DNA of 64,000 nucleotides, from the NCBI GenBank assembly GCA_030141605.1, contig JAQGDQ010000944.1, positions 1 to 64,000 of the forward strand. Reading direction: 5' to 3'. The notes under the pieces were generated by a model, which was given only the letters and a program-made list of their open reading frames with translations, did no database searches and had not been told where the DNA came from. Every line of letters starts with the position of its first letter. Positions within the stretch are counted from its first letter, which is position 1. Origin of the DNA: Tubiluchus corallicola. Taxonomy: Eukaryota; Animalia; Priapulida. The position numbers were made by a program, and so were the translations under genes. Shown here piece by piece: positions 11,827 through 25,353 of the stretch.

Positions 11827-12114
11827 CACATTAAATATTCAAAGCTGAAAACAATAGCAAAGATTCCGGTGGGTTTTCATCAAAAGTTCTGCGCCGTTTG
11901 GCACCGTTGATTAAAGGTGGAAGCTCTGGGAAGCTGGGGAGGCGGCTTCATTTGAAGTTTCTGCTTGTCGGCAGCGCGTCACAAAGGCGGGTGTGGGCGG
12001 GGCCGACGCGGTTTGTTTAGTCGTTCCTTTTGATGTTGTCCGCCTCCCCGAGGGCTCAGCGTCTGTATCATCCCAGTCGATGTTTGTTTACAAAATAATA
12101 AACCCTCTTCTAAA

Positions 12115-12760
12115 CTGCACCCACCACTAGAGTTTACAGTAATGAGATACTGTGAGTTTATGAAACAGTCTATTTGCCTGTAGATGTTAGAAGCCGCTGA
12201 AATGCGTGCACTGATGTATGCGTGCACTAATCTATGCGTGCACTGATCTGTGCGTGCACTGATGTATGCGTGCACCCACCACTAGAGTTTACAGTAATGA
12301 GATACTGTGAGTTTATCAAACAACCTATTTGCCTGTAGATGTTAGGAGCCGCTGAAATGCGTGCACTGATCTATGCGTGCACTGATCTGTGCGTGCACTG
12401 ATGTATGCGTGCACCCACCACTAGAGTTTACAGTAATGAGATACTGTGAGTTTATTAAACAGTCTATTTGCCTGTAGATGTTAGAAGCCGCTGAAATGCG
12501 TGCACTGATGTATGCGTGCACTGATCTATGCGTGCACCCACCACTAGAGTTTACAGTAATGAGATACTGTGAGTTTGTTAAACAGCCTATTTGCCTGTAG
12601 ATGTTAGAAGCCGCTGAAGTGCGTGCACTGATGTATGCGTGCACTGATCTATGCGTGCACTGATGTATGCGTGCACCCACCACTAGAGTTTACAGTAATG
12701 AGATACTGTGAGTTTATCAAACAACCTATTTGCCTGTAGATGTTAGAAGCCGCTGAAATG
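12115..12760. repeat. Composite tandem repeat (~120-155-bp units containing 18-bp subrepeats)
   Basis: CACCCACCACTAGAGTTTACAG... recurs five times with variable numbers of TGCGTGCACTGATCTA subunits. Confidence 0.9.
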
Positions 12761-12844
12761 CTGCAGAATTTAATCTTATAAAAATCTCTGCTGAGTGTTT
12801 CTACGGAACCTCTAAAGGGACATACGAAATTTTCGTCATTGCCC

Positions 12845-13516
12845 CGAGTTATTAAGTCGTCCCCGCGAGATACTAAGTCGTCCCCCGAGTTAGTAAGTTT
12901 TTCCACGAGTTACTAAGTCGTTTCAGGAGTTACTAAGTCGTCCCCCAAGTTAGTAAGTTTTTCCACGAGTTACTAAGTCGTTCCGCAATTTAGTAAGTTT
13001 TCCACCGAGTTACTAAGTTGTCCCCGGAGTTACTAAGCCGTCCCCCAAGTTAGTAAGTCTTTCCACGAGTTACTAAGTCGTTCCGCAAGTTAGTAAGTTT
13101 TTCCACGAGTTACTAAGTCGTTCCGCAAGTTAGTAAGTTTTCCCCGGAGTTACTAAGTCGTTCCCCAAGTTAGTAAGTTTTTCCCCGGAGTTACTAAGTC
13201 GTTCCCCAAGTTAGTAAGTTTTTCCACGAGTTACTAAGTCGTCCCCCAAGTTAGTAAGTTTTCCCCGGAGTTACTAAGTCGTCCCCCGAGTTACTAAGTT
13301 TTTCCACGAGTTACCAAGTCGTTCCGCAAGTTAGTAAGTTTTTCCACGAGTTACTAAGTCGTTCCGCAAGTTAGTAAGTTTTTCCACGAGTTACTAAGTC
13401 GTCCCCCGAGTTACTAAGTTTTTCCACGAGTTACCAAGTCGTTCCGCAAGTTAGTAAGTTTTTCCACAAGTTACTAAGTCGTTCCCGAGTTACTAAGTCG
13501 TTCCCCCGAGTTATTA
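12845..13516. repeat. ~20/40-bp dimeric minisatellite
   Basis: GAGTTACTAAGTCG alternates with AAGTTAGTAAGTTTTTCC. Confidence 0.9.
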
Positions 13517-13545
13517 AATAACTCCTCGTACTAAATGCCACTTAA

Positions 13546-14168
13546 AGCAAAATGGACCCAAAGTTAAACTGCAGGTCAAAATAATCTACTCTTTAAAATA
13601 TTGAAAGGAAACATACTATTTTTTCAAGAATGACTTATGTGAAAGAATTATTACCACACAAACACAATTTCACGTTCGCGCCACTAGTTCTTCGCTGTTA
13701 CATACATGTTGCCATTTGTTATTTACACGGGCACTAGCGCCTGCATTTCGGAAACGCATTGCGCAAAAGTAGGTGCTGTACCTCTCAGTTCAGATGTGTT
13801 ACTTTGTGACGAACTGCACGCGTTTAACAGCTCATGCATGAGCACAGCGATAAATTTGAAATTTGAATATTTGTCTTAAAACTTGCCTAATTTTAGTACG
13901 ACATATTGAAGATCTTACAGTAGCACTGTACTTCAATTTTTGCTTTCGCAAACACGCGCAACACGCTCGTGGAATATTTTTGCTGTTGAAAATCATGTTA
14001 GTTTGTGATGTCATCAATAGTTGTGTTCGCCCGCCACTAATTTAGATTTTAATCTATTATTTAATTATCAGAAACTCCTTTTCAGTATTAATTGTGTTAA
14101 AATGTGTACTTTTTATCGGACTTGAAATTGAGGTAGTCTATGAAATATCATCCTGTTTTTTCTTCCTT
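13546..14168 (+). mobile_element. Family A Kolobok-like element, full length
   Basis: ttaa|AGCAAAATGG...TCTTCCTT|ttaa; colinear with 1850-2481. Confidence 0.7.
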
Positions 14169-15014
14169 TTAAGGAAGACTGGACTATTGTTTAGACCCAA
14201 TCTCATTTTAATTTATTGTCCAAAATATACATTCTTTTGCCTATAAAAGTTAGCCATTGTTTCTTATATTTTGAATAATTAGCTTAGAAAGTTAATTAAG
14301 GGCAACCGAACACAGCTATTGCTTACGTCAGAAACTAACCACAGTTTGTGCAATGGTAGGCGTCTTCCCTTGCGTGTCAAGCACGTTATTAAGTGTGACA
14401 GTACTGCTGAAACGCGTCATGTCACGAAAATGGGGGTCTACGTCATATCACGTCAGAAACTAACACTGCAGTTCATGATCATGGTTATCACGGTACCGCC
14501 TTCTATTTACCGGCCACGGGAACGTGATAAAAAGGCACCGCTGCCAATCTTAGTAGATTCACTGAGCCGCGCGTAGCTTGGAAAGTTTAACGAAATTTAA
14601 CTATCAGAGGTAATTATTATTTATTCTAAGCTTTGATTTAAAAAAGCTATTGTAGTTTTCAATATTTTAGAGCATTCTTTATTCAATACACAATCGTCCG
14701 TTTTTTTCCTTTAAGTATCTAGGTCCCATATTGTCACTCTGATAATGGAAAAGATAACAATGATATTCTTAATCAACTTCGTTTATTGTATATCAGAGCA
14801 AATTCCATTGTTAGACATTTTTCACATTGTTCAGAGAATGTTAAACGTTATGGTAATTAAATCACATTTGTTCGCCATTTTATTGTCTCAACTGTGAATG
14901 AAATTTCTACAACCTTAATAATCTAAAGTTTGCTTACTACACAGCTATGGTAAAACTCTTCAAATACAGATATGGTACTGGAACTTCTACAATCTGTATA
15001 GAAGACGATATTAA

Positions 15015-15456
15015 CCCTTTCATACCCGTTGTATCCCATGGGATACGAGATTATTTTCTGCCTTTAAAATTAATAAGATTTTAAAACTGACAGTTATTTG
15101 ATCTGTTAATAGTTATTTTGATTTAAGCCAATAACAATAGACTAAAAATGGTGATAAAATGGCAAACTAGAAAATCTACATAGCATAAAAAAACTGTGCA
15201 AGGTACAGTACTTTAGAGATGACTTTGTACAGATCAGCATAGCATGCATACTAAATGTCTTAAATACTTTAAAAAATTATCAGCAGTTGCAAAATGAAGC
15301 ACATTTTATGCTTCCATTGAATCCCAATGTATCCCGTGGAATACAGGCTATATTTAGCACGCGGCCACAGGTAAAAAAAATAATTATTATGTGTAAACAA
15401 GATGTACATTCTGAAAAAAAGTACCAAGCCAAATTTTTTTTTCTTATCTGAAGGGG
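15015..15456 (+). mobile_element. piggyBac-like MITE family B
   Basis: ttaa|CCCTTTCA...TGAAGGGG|ttaa; near-identical to 18964 and 50855. Confidence 0.85.
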
Positions 15457-15632
15457 TTAATTACTTTAAAATTATTTCACGCAAATGTACGTATAATTTT
15501 AGATGTCGTGTATTAAACTCTTATAATGGTTTATTAAAACACGTAATTTACAGAAGTGATGTTTCTATATGCTCCAAAATTTCTGCCCGTTCTTGAAAAT
15601 TGTGTATGAAAAATCATCCTGTCTTCCTTTAA

Positions 15633-15959
15633 CCCTTTCTGTCTCAAATTATTTTTTAATAAGAAAAAACATTTTGGCTTCGTACTTTTGTTCAGTATGT
15701 CCAGCTTGTTTACACATAATAATTTTTTATACCTGTGCCCGCGTGCTAAATATATCCAGTATCCCAGTTTTTGAGCAGTTTTTTTTTATGCTATGTAGAT
15801 TTTCTAGTTTGCCATTTTATCACCATTTTTAGTCTATTGTTATTGGCTCAAGTCAAAATAACTATTAACAGATCAAATAACTGTCAGTTTTAAAATTTTA
15901 TTAATTTTAAAGGCAGAAAATATTCTCGTATCCCACGGGATACAACGGGTATGAAAGGG
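15633..15959 (-). mobile_element. piggyBac-like MITE family B, inverted and internally deleted copy
   Basis: ttaa|CCCTTTC...GAAAGGG|ttaa; reverse complement of the 15015 copy. Confidence 0.85.
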
Positions 15960-16909
15960 TTAACAAGTACATGATTAGGCCATATATTCACCCGTAGCCA
16001 AGCCATGCAAAGCCGCACATATGTAATTGTAACCGATGGAGACTCCTCACACATGTTATATTGGCTGTCTGGTCATGCTATAATGCTATTGCGGCATGTC
16101 ATAAGATTACAAGAGCAAGAAACGTGCCCACAATTAGTTATGAGTGTCCTGAGATGAGGAACAAACTTATCTTCAAAGGACGCCGCTTTGTTGCTGCTCG
16201 TCCGTAGCGCGGATTTATTTCAACTTTATTGTAGTCCGGCTGCACCGCATAACTCTTTTATGATGGCATCTTATAAAATAAATCCAGCACGGACGTCCGT
16301 TTTTTTGCAAAGAAATTAGAAGGATGAAGTAGAAATACAATACATTTAAAATGTCCTGATAGGTGTTTCCAATTTTTGATAATGGATGGCACCACAATCG
16401 ATTATTGTACGAGATTAGTAAAAATACAATGGAAAAAGGGGCGACGAAAAAGTAAAAAAAACATTAGTATTACGGACAACAGTAAAACCAGACGAAAAAG
16501 AGAAAAAATGAAATAATATTACAAATAGATAATGAAAAAATGGAAAAATGAATAACAGCAAAAAACAAATGAGAAAAGAGAAAGATAACGAACAAAATAA
16601 AAAACAAAACATGAAAAGAGGAAGATAAAATGCGGTAAATAGAAAATGTAAAAAAGCAAAATGTACCAGATCTAGCGAAAAGTAAGTTCGTTAAATCTCT
16701 ATTAAATTAAACAGTTGGAAAGATTTGATCATTATTAATAACTATTATTTAGTTTACTAAATAAATATATAAACAAATAAAAAATTAATTGAATTATTAA
16801 ATAAATATTTTGTGTTTCTTAGAAATTCTGAACAGAAAAAATTGTAGTATGTGTATCACTAGAGCCAATGATGAATGAAATGGTGCTATCGCTAAACATG
16901 TATTTTACT

Positions 16910-17440
16910 AAGTGTGTCATTTTTTCTTGTGTCATTTTTACCTACTTTTTACATTTGTACCAATTTTTCCTGCGCCATTTTTTCCTGTGTCATTTTTACC
17001 TACTTCTTGTCCTAGTGCTATTTTTCCTGTGCCTGTTTGCCTGTGTCATCTTTACCATGCCATTTTTACCTGTGTCATCTTTACCGAGCCATTTTTACCT
17101 GTGCTATTTTTACCTGTGCCATTTTTTCTTGTGCCATTTTTTCCTGTGCCGTAGTGACCGGTAAGAAAGAAAAAAGTCAGAAAAAAAATCACAGTTAATT
17201 TTCTCTAGTGTTAGAATTAGAGTTAGGATTAATGTTAGGATTAGGGTTAGGATTAGGGTTAGGATTTGGGTTAGGAATAGGGTTAGGATTAGGGTTAGGG
17301 ATAGGGTTAGGATTTGGGTTAGGAATAGGGTTAGGATTTGGGTTAGGAATAGGGTTAGGATTTGGGTTAGGAATAGGGTTATTTTTTGCACCTTTTTTTA
17401 CCTGTGACTTTTTAACTTGTGATTATGTTTCCTGGATTTA
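16910..17440. repeat. TGTGCCATTTTTACC array plus TTAGGG-like tract (probable non-autonomous elements)
   Basis: The same 14-15-bp motif occurs at 62880-63325; degenerate TTAGGG/TTAGGA run at 17210-17380. Confidence 0.75.
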
Positions 17441-18514
17441 GCATGAGTACATTTTATTAAAACACTTTCTTAACGCTGTTTTTCTTCTTTCTCATGTTTC
17501 CTATTCTCACCATCTCCCACTTGTTTTGTAAAGCCAGTGTCTTGTCTCTGAATGGTAACAGAAATTTAGAATTAATGAAGTAAAGCTATGTTTTGTTTGT
17601 TATAAGTACAACTATATGTTTGTTGTCACGTGTTAAATTTATGTTCTAATATCAAATCAATGTTACACATCACTCTCTTGTGCCCCGCATAAGTGCAGCG
17701 GCTTAAAACTCCGTTCCCCTCCCACACTAATACTTGTTCTCATTATTACCAGCACTTTGTCAAAGTTTAAGCAGGGCTATGAAAGAAGACTAAACCTTTT
17801 CATCCTCTCTGATGGTTAAAATTACAATGATTGTGCCCTCTAAATGGTGGCACCATTAGCCGTTCAGAAAAAGCCTAAATTGCCGTTTTTTGTGCCGTTC
17901 CTTCTTCTTGCTTGATACGATGATTGGTGTTGAGTGTCATGAAAATCTGGCCTGCCTCTACTAACCTTAAGCCTGAACTGCACATTAGATGTAATTAAAA
18001 ACACCATAATTACCACAGACAGAAGGTGTCGTGCGAGGCAGACTAGCCCTACCCCCAGCGCGGCACCTTATTATCCCATATCCTCTTCAAAGGCGGCGTC
18101 GAACTACAAAGAGACCGCCATTCAGCAACTCAGTGGAGTAATACAGGGCGGTAGTTATTTGCAAAGTTTGCCGCCAATATTAATAAACACACAACGTGTT
18201 CGTAATCGCGTTTCATAATTTTATACTGCGGTTTTAAACCGGATATTTTGCTGCGGACCCCCCAAAGTAAATTCTGTTGCGTGGAGTAAAAAGATTGTAA
18301 AGTTTTTTTATGCAACATGAGAATTTTACGGCATTTCAGTTGTAACCAGGTTTCAAATGGCAATTATTAGCCCACAACACTCTGATATAGAATGTAAAAG
18401 TGTTGCAAGTGTTAGAACAAGCCACGTTTATTAAAAACTTGTCTTTTAAGTATCTTTATTCCAGTAGTCTATCTCATAAATCAGTTGTATTAATTAACAA
18501 GGAAGTCTGTCAAA

Positions 18515-18541
18515 TGAGAGAGAGAGAGAAAGAGAGAGGGG

Positions 18542-18607
<66 letters not shown>

Positions 18608-18683
18608 AAGAGAGGAGAGAGAGAGAGAAAGAGAGACAGAGAGAGAGAGGGGGAGGGAGAGAGAGTGGGAGAGAGAGAGGAGA
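18515..18683. repeat. (GA)n microsatellite
   Basis: Read directly from sequence. Confidence 0.95.
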
Positions 18684-18963
18684 CGCAAACTTGTAACTTC
18701 CCAAGAATGTATAATTTAATTAGCTAAGTTAATTTTTCGTTAATATTTAAAATTTTCAAATGTTTTATATTTTGCATTTTAGAATTTTAGATATAAAATA
18801 CACCAGTAAAGATGATTGAATTGAAAAAAATCACTTTTATTAACAACCTAAATTTACAATTGTTTAAAAACATGTCCAAACATTTCGCTATCATTTCTCT
18901 AGTTCTAGATCTATCTATTCATTTTAACCATTTTTCAAAACTTATTAGAGATTCTTTTATTAA

Positions 18964-19404
18964 CCCTTTCATACCCGTTGTATCCCGTGGGATACGAGAA
19001 TATTCTCTGCCTTTAAAATTAATAAAATTTTAAAACTGACAGTTATTTGATCTGTTAATAGTTATTTTGATTTAAGCCAATAACAATAGACTAAAAATGG
19101 TGATAAAATGGCAAACTAGAAAATCTACATAGCATAAAAAACTGTGCAAGGTACAGTACATTAGAGACGACTTTGTACAGATCAGCATAGCATGCATACT
19201 AAATGTCTTAAATACTTTAAAAAATTATCAGCAGTTGCAAAATGAAGCACATTTTATGCTTCCATTGAATCCCAATGTATCCCGTGGGATACAGGCTATA
19301 TTTAGCACGCGGGCACAGGTAGAAAAAAATAATTATTATGTGTAAACAAGAAGTACCAAGCCAAAAAATTTTTCTTATAAAAAAATAATTTGGGACTGAA
19401 AGGG
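18964..19404 (+). mobile_element. piggyBac-like MITE family B
   Basis: ttaa|CCCTTTCA...TGAAAGGG|tgaa. Confidence 0.85.
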
Positions 19405-19994
19405 TGAATCATGTTTTATTGTGGTATTATAAAGAGATAAATAAATTAAAATTAAATTGAATTGTTTCTAGTGAAATGCGCTTTGACGTGTCTCTATGAA
19501 CTGTGACTTACATTATTCATAATTACGTGACCAATTAAACCTTTATATGTAAATTCGTAATAAATCTTACTACTAAAACGTGTCGATAGAATGAATTCAC
19601 TAAAATAGATTATTTGGTAGCGTGTTTATGAAATTATAAATACATTTTAACCCTTTAATGTACAGTAAGTCTCTATTTTTCCTTTTGCTGAATGTTGTGG
19701 AAACGTAGCAAAAAACTGGGATTCATCCCGTCTCCCGTGTTCTTAGAATAAGTTTAATGAAAGAGAATCACTCTATCAGCTTTTTAAATTAAACTAATTT
19801 GAATTTTTCTGAAACGTAACGAAAATCAGATTGTCAATTGTAATCGTGGAAATCAAGTAAGAAAACTATTAAAATAGAATTTGGGTTGAAATCTCAACAT
19901 CGTCAATTTTAGGTGAAAATAAACAGTAAGAAAACGCTGCAATAGATCAGAAATAATTTAATATGAGTAATCTTAAAGCTAAATAAGTAAGATA

Positions 19995-20230
<236 letters not shown>

Positions 20231-20298
20231 TCTTTTATTAAAGTCGGTTTCTTGAATGAACAATTGAGGTTAGTTCAAAGAGCTTTTTGCGGACTGTA

Positions 20299-20476
20299 AA
20301 TAACAATTCTAAGCTACACAACGGAGACTATTATTACCCCACTTTTACACTAAACACCTCGCGCCAGGCAGGGCAACAGCAGGTACGATTTTTAAAGTCT
20401 TCGGTATCTGTATCGGCAGCTGTATCGAACTCACGACCTCCCAGATGGAAAGCGGACGATACCACTAGGCTAATCC
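20299..20476 (-). mobile_element. tRNA-derived SINE, second copy
   Basis: Reverse-complement homologue of 153-330. Confidence 0.75.
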
Positions 20477-20550
20477 ATTTGTTTTATCTGAGTGATTTCA
20501 ATATTTTAAAAGTCAGAAAAATTTTTACACGGCGAAAATTAAAAATCGAA

Positions 20551-21196
20551 GATTACGTGTATTGTAAGTGTGTAAATCAAAGATTGCGTGTATTGTAAGT
20601 GTGTAAATCAAAGATTGCGTGTATTGTAAGTGTATAAATATCAAAGATTGCGTGTATTGTAAGTGTGTAAATCAAAGATTGCGTGTATTGTAATTGTGTA
20701 AATCAAAGATTGCGTGTATTGTAAGTGTGTAAATCAAAGATTGCGTGTATTGTAAGTGTGTAAATCAAAGATTGCGTGTATTGTAAGTGTGTAAATCAAA
20801 GATTGCGTGTATTGTAAGTGTGTAAATCAAAGATTGCGTATATTGTAAGTGTGTAAATCAAAGACTGCGTGTATTGTAAGTGTGTAAATCAAAGATTGCA
20901 TGTGTTGTAAGTGTGTAAATCAAAGACTGCGTGTATTGTAAGTGTGTAAATCAAAGATTGCATATATTGTAAGTGTGTAAATCAAAGATTGCGTATATTG
21001 TAAGTGTGTAAATCAAAGATTGCGTATATTGTAAGTGTGTAAATCAAAGATTGCGTATATTGTAAGTGTGTAAATCAAAGATTGCGTGTATTGTAAGTGT
21101 GTAAATCAAAGATTGCGTGTATTGTAAGTGTGTAAATCAAAGATTGCGTATATTGTAAGTGTGTAAATCAAAGATTGCGTGTATTGTAAGTGTGTA
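20551..21196. repeat. 31-bp minisatellite (~20 copies)
   Basis: GATTGCGTGTATTGTAAGTGTGTAAATCAAA repeated. Confidence 0.95.
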
Positions 21197-21496
21197 GTAG
21201 CGAAGTAAGAATCATGACAAGAAGTGATAATTCGTAAGAGAATTAATTGACGTAAAGTAATTTTAGGCAACTAAAATGACCCGTTTCATCAACTTTCGTA
21301 AGAAATGGAACCGACAGATGGCGCATCGCCTGATTTCACTCAAAACACTTTCATATTAGCCGTATGTTTACGTCATACGCGAATTTGTTTTCATATAAAC
21401 AATTTTTATTTACACGTTTTGGTGTCGTAGATTCACAGAGTAGCAAAACAAAACGGACGCTCCATCTTTACTACATTCAACAAGCATGTAGTTCAA

Positions 21497-21830
21497 CATA
21501 GACAGAACATAGACATAGAACATAGACATAGAACATTTATTTTCTCCAATTAGTTGGACATAAAGAGTTTTTTAAATATTAAGTAATTATAATCATGGAG
21601 CAGGGCAGGGAAGGACCATAGGGTCATTTAGTCTCCTGTCTTTTCTTGTAATTAGATTAGTCTATTAAAAATTAACAGTGATGCTGCAGATAACAAAAAC
21701 AAAAACAAATAAGAAAAAAATACAAAATGATACAAATTGTTAAAAAAGAACTGAAAACAAAAAATAATAAAGTTGGATACCAAAATGCAAACAAAACAAT
21801 ACAATTATTCAGTAATTAGGATTATCATAT
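21497..21830 (-). mobile_element. Retroposon 3' fragment, same family as 6690-7014
   Basis: Reverse-complement match including stem-loop and tail. Confidence 0.6.
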
Positions 21831-22036
21831 GTAGTAGTTTCAAATGGGGTCTTATTAACAGGCGAATTTGAAACACATTTGCAAAAGAGACGGTCTAAAA
21901 GAATGTACACGAGAAGTTCCTCTTCCTTCTCTGATGAAATGCAAAAACTTTGGAGGTTCATTACGAAGCGGGCAAACAGGAATTAGGGTCTCCATTAGAC
22001 GCATGCGCTTTAATTACTTAATAGGAAAATGTTTAA

Positions 22037-22610
22037 AGCAAAACCCAATCTCAAACTCTAGGTCAAAACAATCTACTATTTTAAAATATTGAAAGGGAAT
22101 ATACTACTTTTTTTCAAATTTGACTTTCATGAAAGAATTATTACCACGCAAATGCAATTTCACGTTCGCGCCACTAGTTCTTCACTGTTACATGCCTTTC
22201 GCCTTTTGCTAGTTAGACGGGCACTATTTCGAAAACGTATTGCACAAAAAACAGGTGCTGTACCTCTCAGTTCAGATGCATTACTTTGTGACAAACTGCA
22301 CACGTTCGACAGCCCTTGCGAGTAGAGCGGTAAATTTTTGAAATTTGAATTTTTATCTTAAAACTTGCCTAGTTTTAGTAGAACACACTGAATATCTTAC
22401 AGTAGCACTGCACTTCAATTTTCTCTTTCGCAAACACGTGCAACACGCTCGTGGAATATTTTTGATGTTGAAAATTATGTTCATTTGTGACGTCATCAAT
22501 AGTTGGGCTCGCCCGCGTTAATTAATATTTCAATTTATTAATTAATTATCAGAAACGCTTTTACAGTTTTATTGGTATTAAAATCTATAGTTTTTACCGA
22601 ACTTGAAAAT
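22037..22610 (+). mobile_element. Family A Kolobok-like element
   Basis: ttaa|AGCAAAA start; colinear with the 13546 copy. Confidence 0.65.
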
Positions 22611-22924
22611 GCAAGATACCAAATTTTGCTGTGATTTATGCAAAGCACGAAATAGCGCATCATTTGACTTGAATTTTGATTTTTGAAAGACAATTAAATT
22701 TGAATAAGCCAATCAACTGATGCAGCCAAAATTCTAGACAACATGGAGGGGCGCCGCCCAAGATCTAAACTCGTTTCCTTTACAGTTTAAAAAACAACTT
22801 ACGCAAGTTACATATAAAATTAAATATGTTTGTCAATTTCTATGTTTTCCTAGGATTTAGCTAAGCCTAAACATTTAACATATTATTCATAGATTAGGAG
22901 ACTTGATAATGTTATGACAGTTGT

Positions 22925-23500
22925 TTTTTCTTGTATTTCAGTTGCATTTCTCGTATTTCAGTTCTTTGTTTGTACTTTCTTGTATTTTTTGTATTTCAGT
23001 TCTTTGTTTGTATTTTCTTGTATTTCAGTTGTATTTTTTGTATTCCCGTTGTATTTCAGTTGTTTTTTTGTATTTCAGTTGTATTTTTTGCATTTCAGTT
23101 CTTTGTTTGTATTTTCTTGTATTTTTTGTATCTCAGTTCTTTGTTTGTATTTTCTTGTATTTTTTGTATTTCAGTTCTTTGTTTGTATTTTCTTGTAGTT
23201 TTTGTATTTCAGTTCTTTGTTTGTATTTTCTTTTATTTCAGTTCTTTGTTTGTATTTTCTTGTATTTCAGTTCTTTGTTTGTATTTTCTTGTATTTCAGT
23301 TGTATTTTTTGTATTCCCGTTGTATTTCAGTTGTTTTTTGTATTTCACTTCTATTTTCTTGTATTTCAGTTGCATTTTCGTGTATTTCAGTTGCATTTTG
23401 TTGTATTGCAGTTGCATTATATTATATTATGTTATGTTGGGTGGTGTTGTATTGCATTGCATTGCATTACATTACATTACATTATATTATATTATATTAT
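22925..23500. repeat. T-rich degenerate minisatellite (TTGTATTTCAGTT)
   Basis: Read directly from sequence. Confidence 0.85.
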
Positions 23501-24577
23501 CATAAGGTCACGACGTTGCCAGGATCTTGACAAAAAATATATTCAAAAAATATTGTCACAATGGTGGTACAATACTGACATGCTGCCAGGGTAAAAGTCA
23601 AATGTACGACATCCTACCAAAGTCGATTCTTCCATTGCAATGCCACGCAGGTGTAGGTAATACGTTTCAACACTATCTTACTAAACACTACTTAATTAAA
23701 GGAAACATCAAGCATTCTAGCAGGTTTGACTTATTTCAATATTCGCGAAGAATATCAAAAGGATTTAGTAATAAGCGCCTCGTGTAACTAGTAAAATCAC
23801 TTTAAAGTCGGAATCATTTCATGTTTGGGCGCTCCCATTTTCAACGCCCATTCTCTTCCAATGACGTCATTCGTTCTTCTTCCCATGAGGTGGTGGTGGT
23901 GGTAGTAGTAGTAGTAGTGGTGGAGGTGGTGGTGGTTGTGGTGGTGGTGGTGGTGGTGGTAGTAGTGGCAGTAGTAGTAGTGTGTAGTTATTGCAGCGTG
24001 TTCTTCAATATTATGTGAAATTGTCTTAATTTTGGCAGCAGAGACAAAACAGCGTAACCGTAGCGTGAGAACAAGGTTGGATGCTTTCTTAGTGCTTACT
24101 GCCATCTGTCGGGGGATAAACAAACGAAAATTAATTGGAAAGCTACAGTTTCTTAAAAAAATACTATAGGATAAAACTGTTTATTAGAACCAACATTATA
24201 AAAAACTTCGAGTAAAAATTTATTTCAGTTCAACTTTTTGCATTTATTAAATCAGATAAAGATATTAGTTAATTTGTACTAAAAGTTTAAAAAACTTTGA
24301 GCAAAATACCAAAATTATTAAAAAATGGAAAATAGAAAAGAAATTCATACGTGCAAATATATCTTAAATGTGTGTATTGATGCTAACAATATAATTATTA
24401 ATAATTATTAATAATAACATAATAATTATACAAATAATAATTAATGGTAATTTGACTAAGATAATCACAGTTTGGAAAAGTGCAAAAATGCGTTTAAATC
24501 TTGTGTCATCCCGACACACGTCACAATTTGACAATAAAGTTTAATTCCTCTAACAATGATTACCATCAACTGGTTAC

Positions 24578-24984
24578 TAGGGATGAGCATCGAATGCTCG
24601 AATTCAATTCGAACGATTTTTTTAGTTCGCACTCGATTCGAATCCAAAACTATAGAGTCGAATAATTCAGCACTTCAATCACACATGTTCTTTATCACTA
24701 AAACGATTGAAACATCATGCAATTAGCGTAATTTAGCAGTGATTTCTGCGCACAATTTTTAAACAAATTATTAGTCGTTTTATTGCAGAACAAATTCGAT
24801 TTTTAAGCATGATCTTTGTAAGACTAATTTTTACCGCTGGTTCGAAAACTTGTTCGAAAATCATTTAATCTCAATTTGAATTCGCTTCGAATTCGAAACA
24901 CTGAAGTTCGGTTCGATTCGAATTCGAAAGTCACAAATTTGGTTCAATTCGAATTTGCTTTCTGGTAGAGAATGCTCACCCGTA
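24578..24984. mobile_element. hAT (Ac-like) MITE
   Basis: TIRs TAGGGATGAGCAT / ATGCTCACCCGTA; perfect 8-bp TSD CTGGTTAC at 24570-24577 and 24985-24992; TTCGAA-rich subterminal repeats. Confidence 0.85.
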
Positions 24985-25026
24985 CTGGTTACTAGCATTT
25001 TCAGTGCTGCAAACAGACTTAAATAA

Positions 25027-25353
25027 GCCTTTTCACAGTTTCGTTGTGCGAACGCAGTTCAGAGTTGAAGTGCACCTCAGCAGCCCGTCTTAACTACAAC
25101 CATCGCGTGACACGTGCAAAAAGTAAAGCTGTCTGGTGCATCAGTTCAGTAAACTTGAAGTTTGCTTAATTATGCATTAGTCTGTGTGTAGAGTGATGTA
25201 CTAGCAGGATCTGTAGTTAGCTGTTTAAACTGTTACTATTACAACAGCATGGGCTGCGAGGAGTTGTCAAGTGTACACAAACGCATTGTCTGGTACACTT
25301 AACCTTTGACCTTTTCACCATCATCATCAGTCGTTGGAACTGTGAAAATGTTC
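25027..25353. mobile_element. TIR MITE family D (Harbinger/Tourist-like)
   Basis: taa|GCCTTTTCACAGTT...AACTGTGAAAA; inverted homologue of 28311 and 38407. Confidence 0.55.

Noticed and set aside
16008-16160. Short ORF containing VTDGDSS, reminiscent of Mutator-like transposases
   Set aside because: Only ~50 codons with no other motif; insufficient support.
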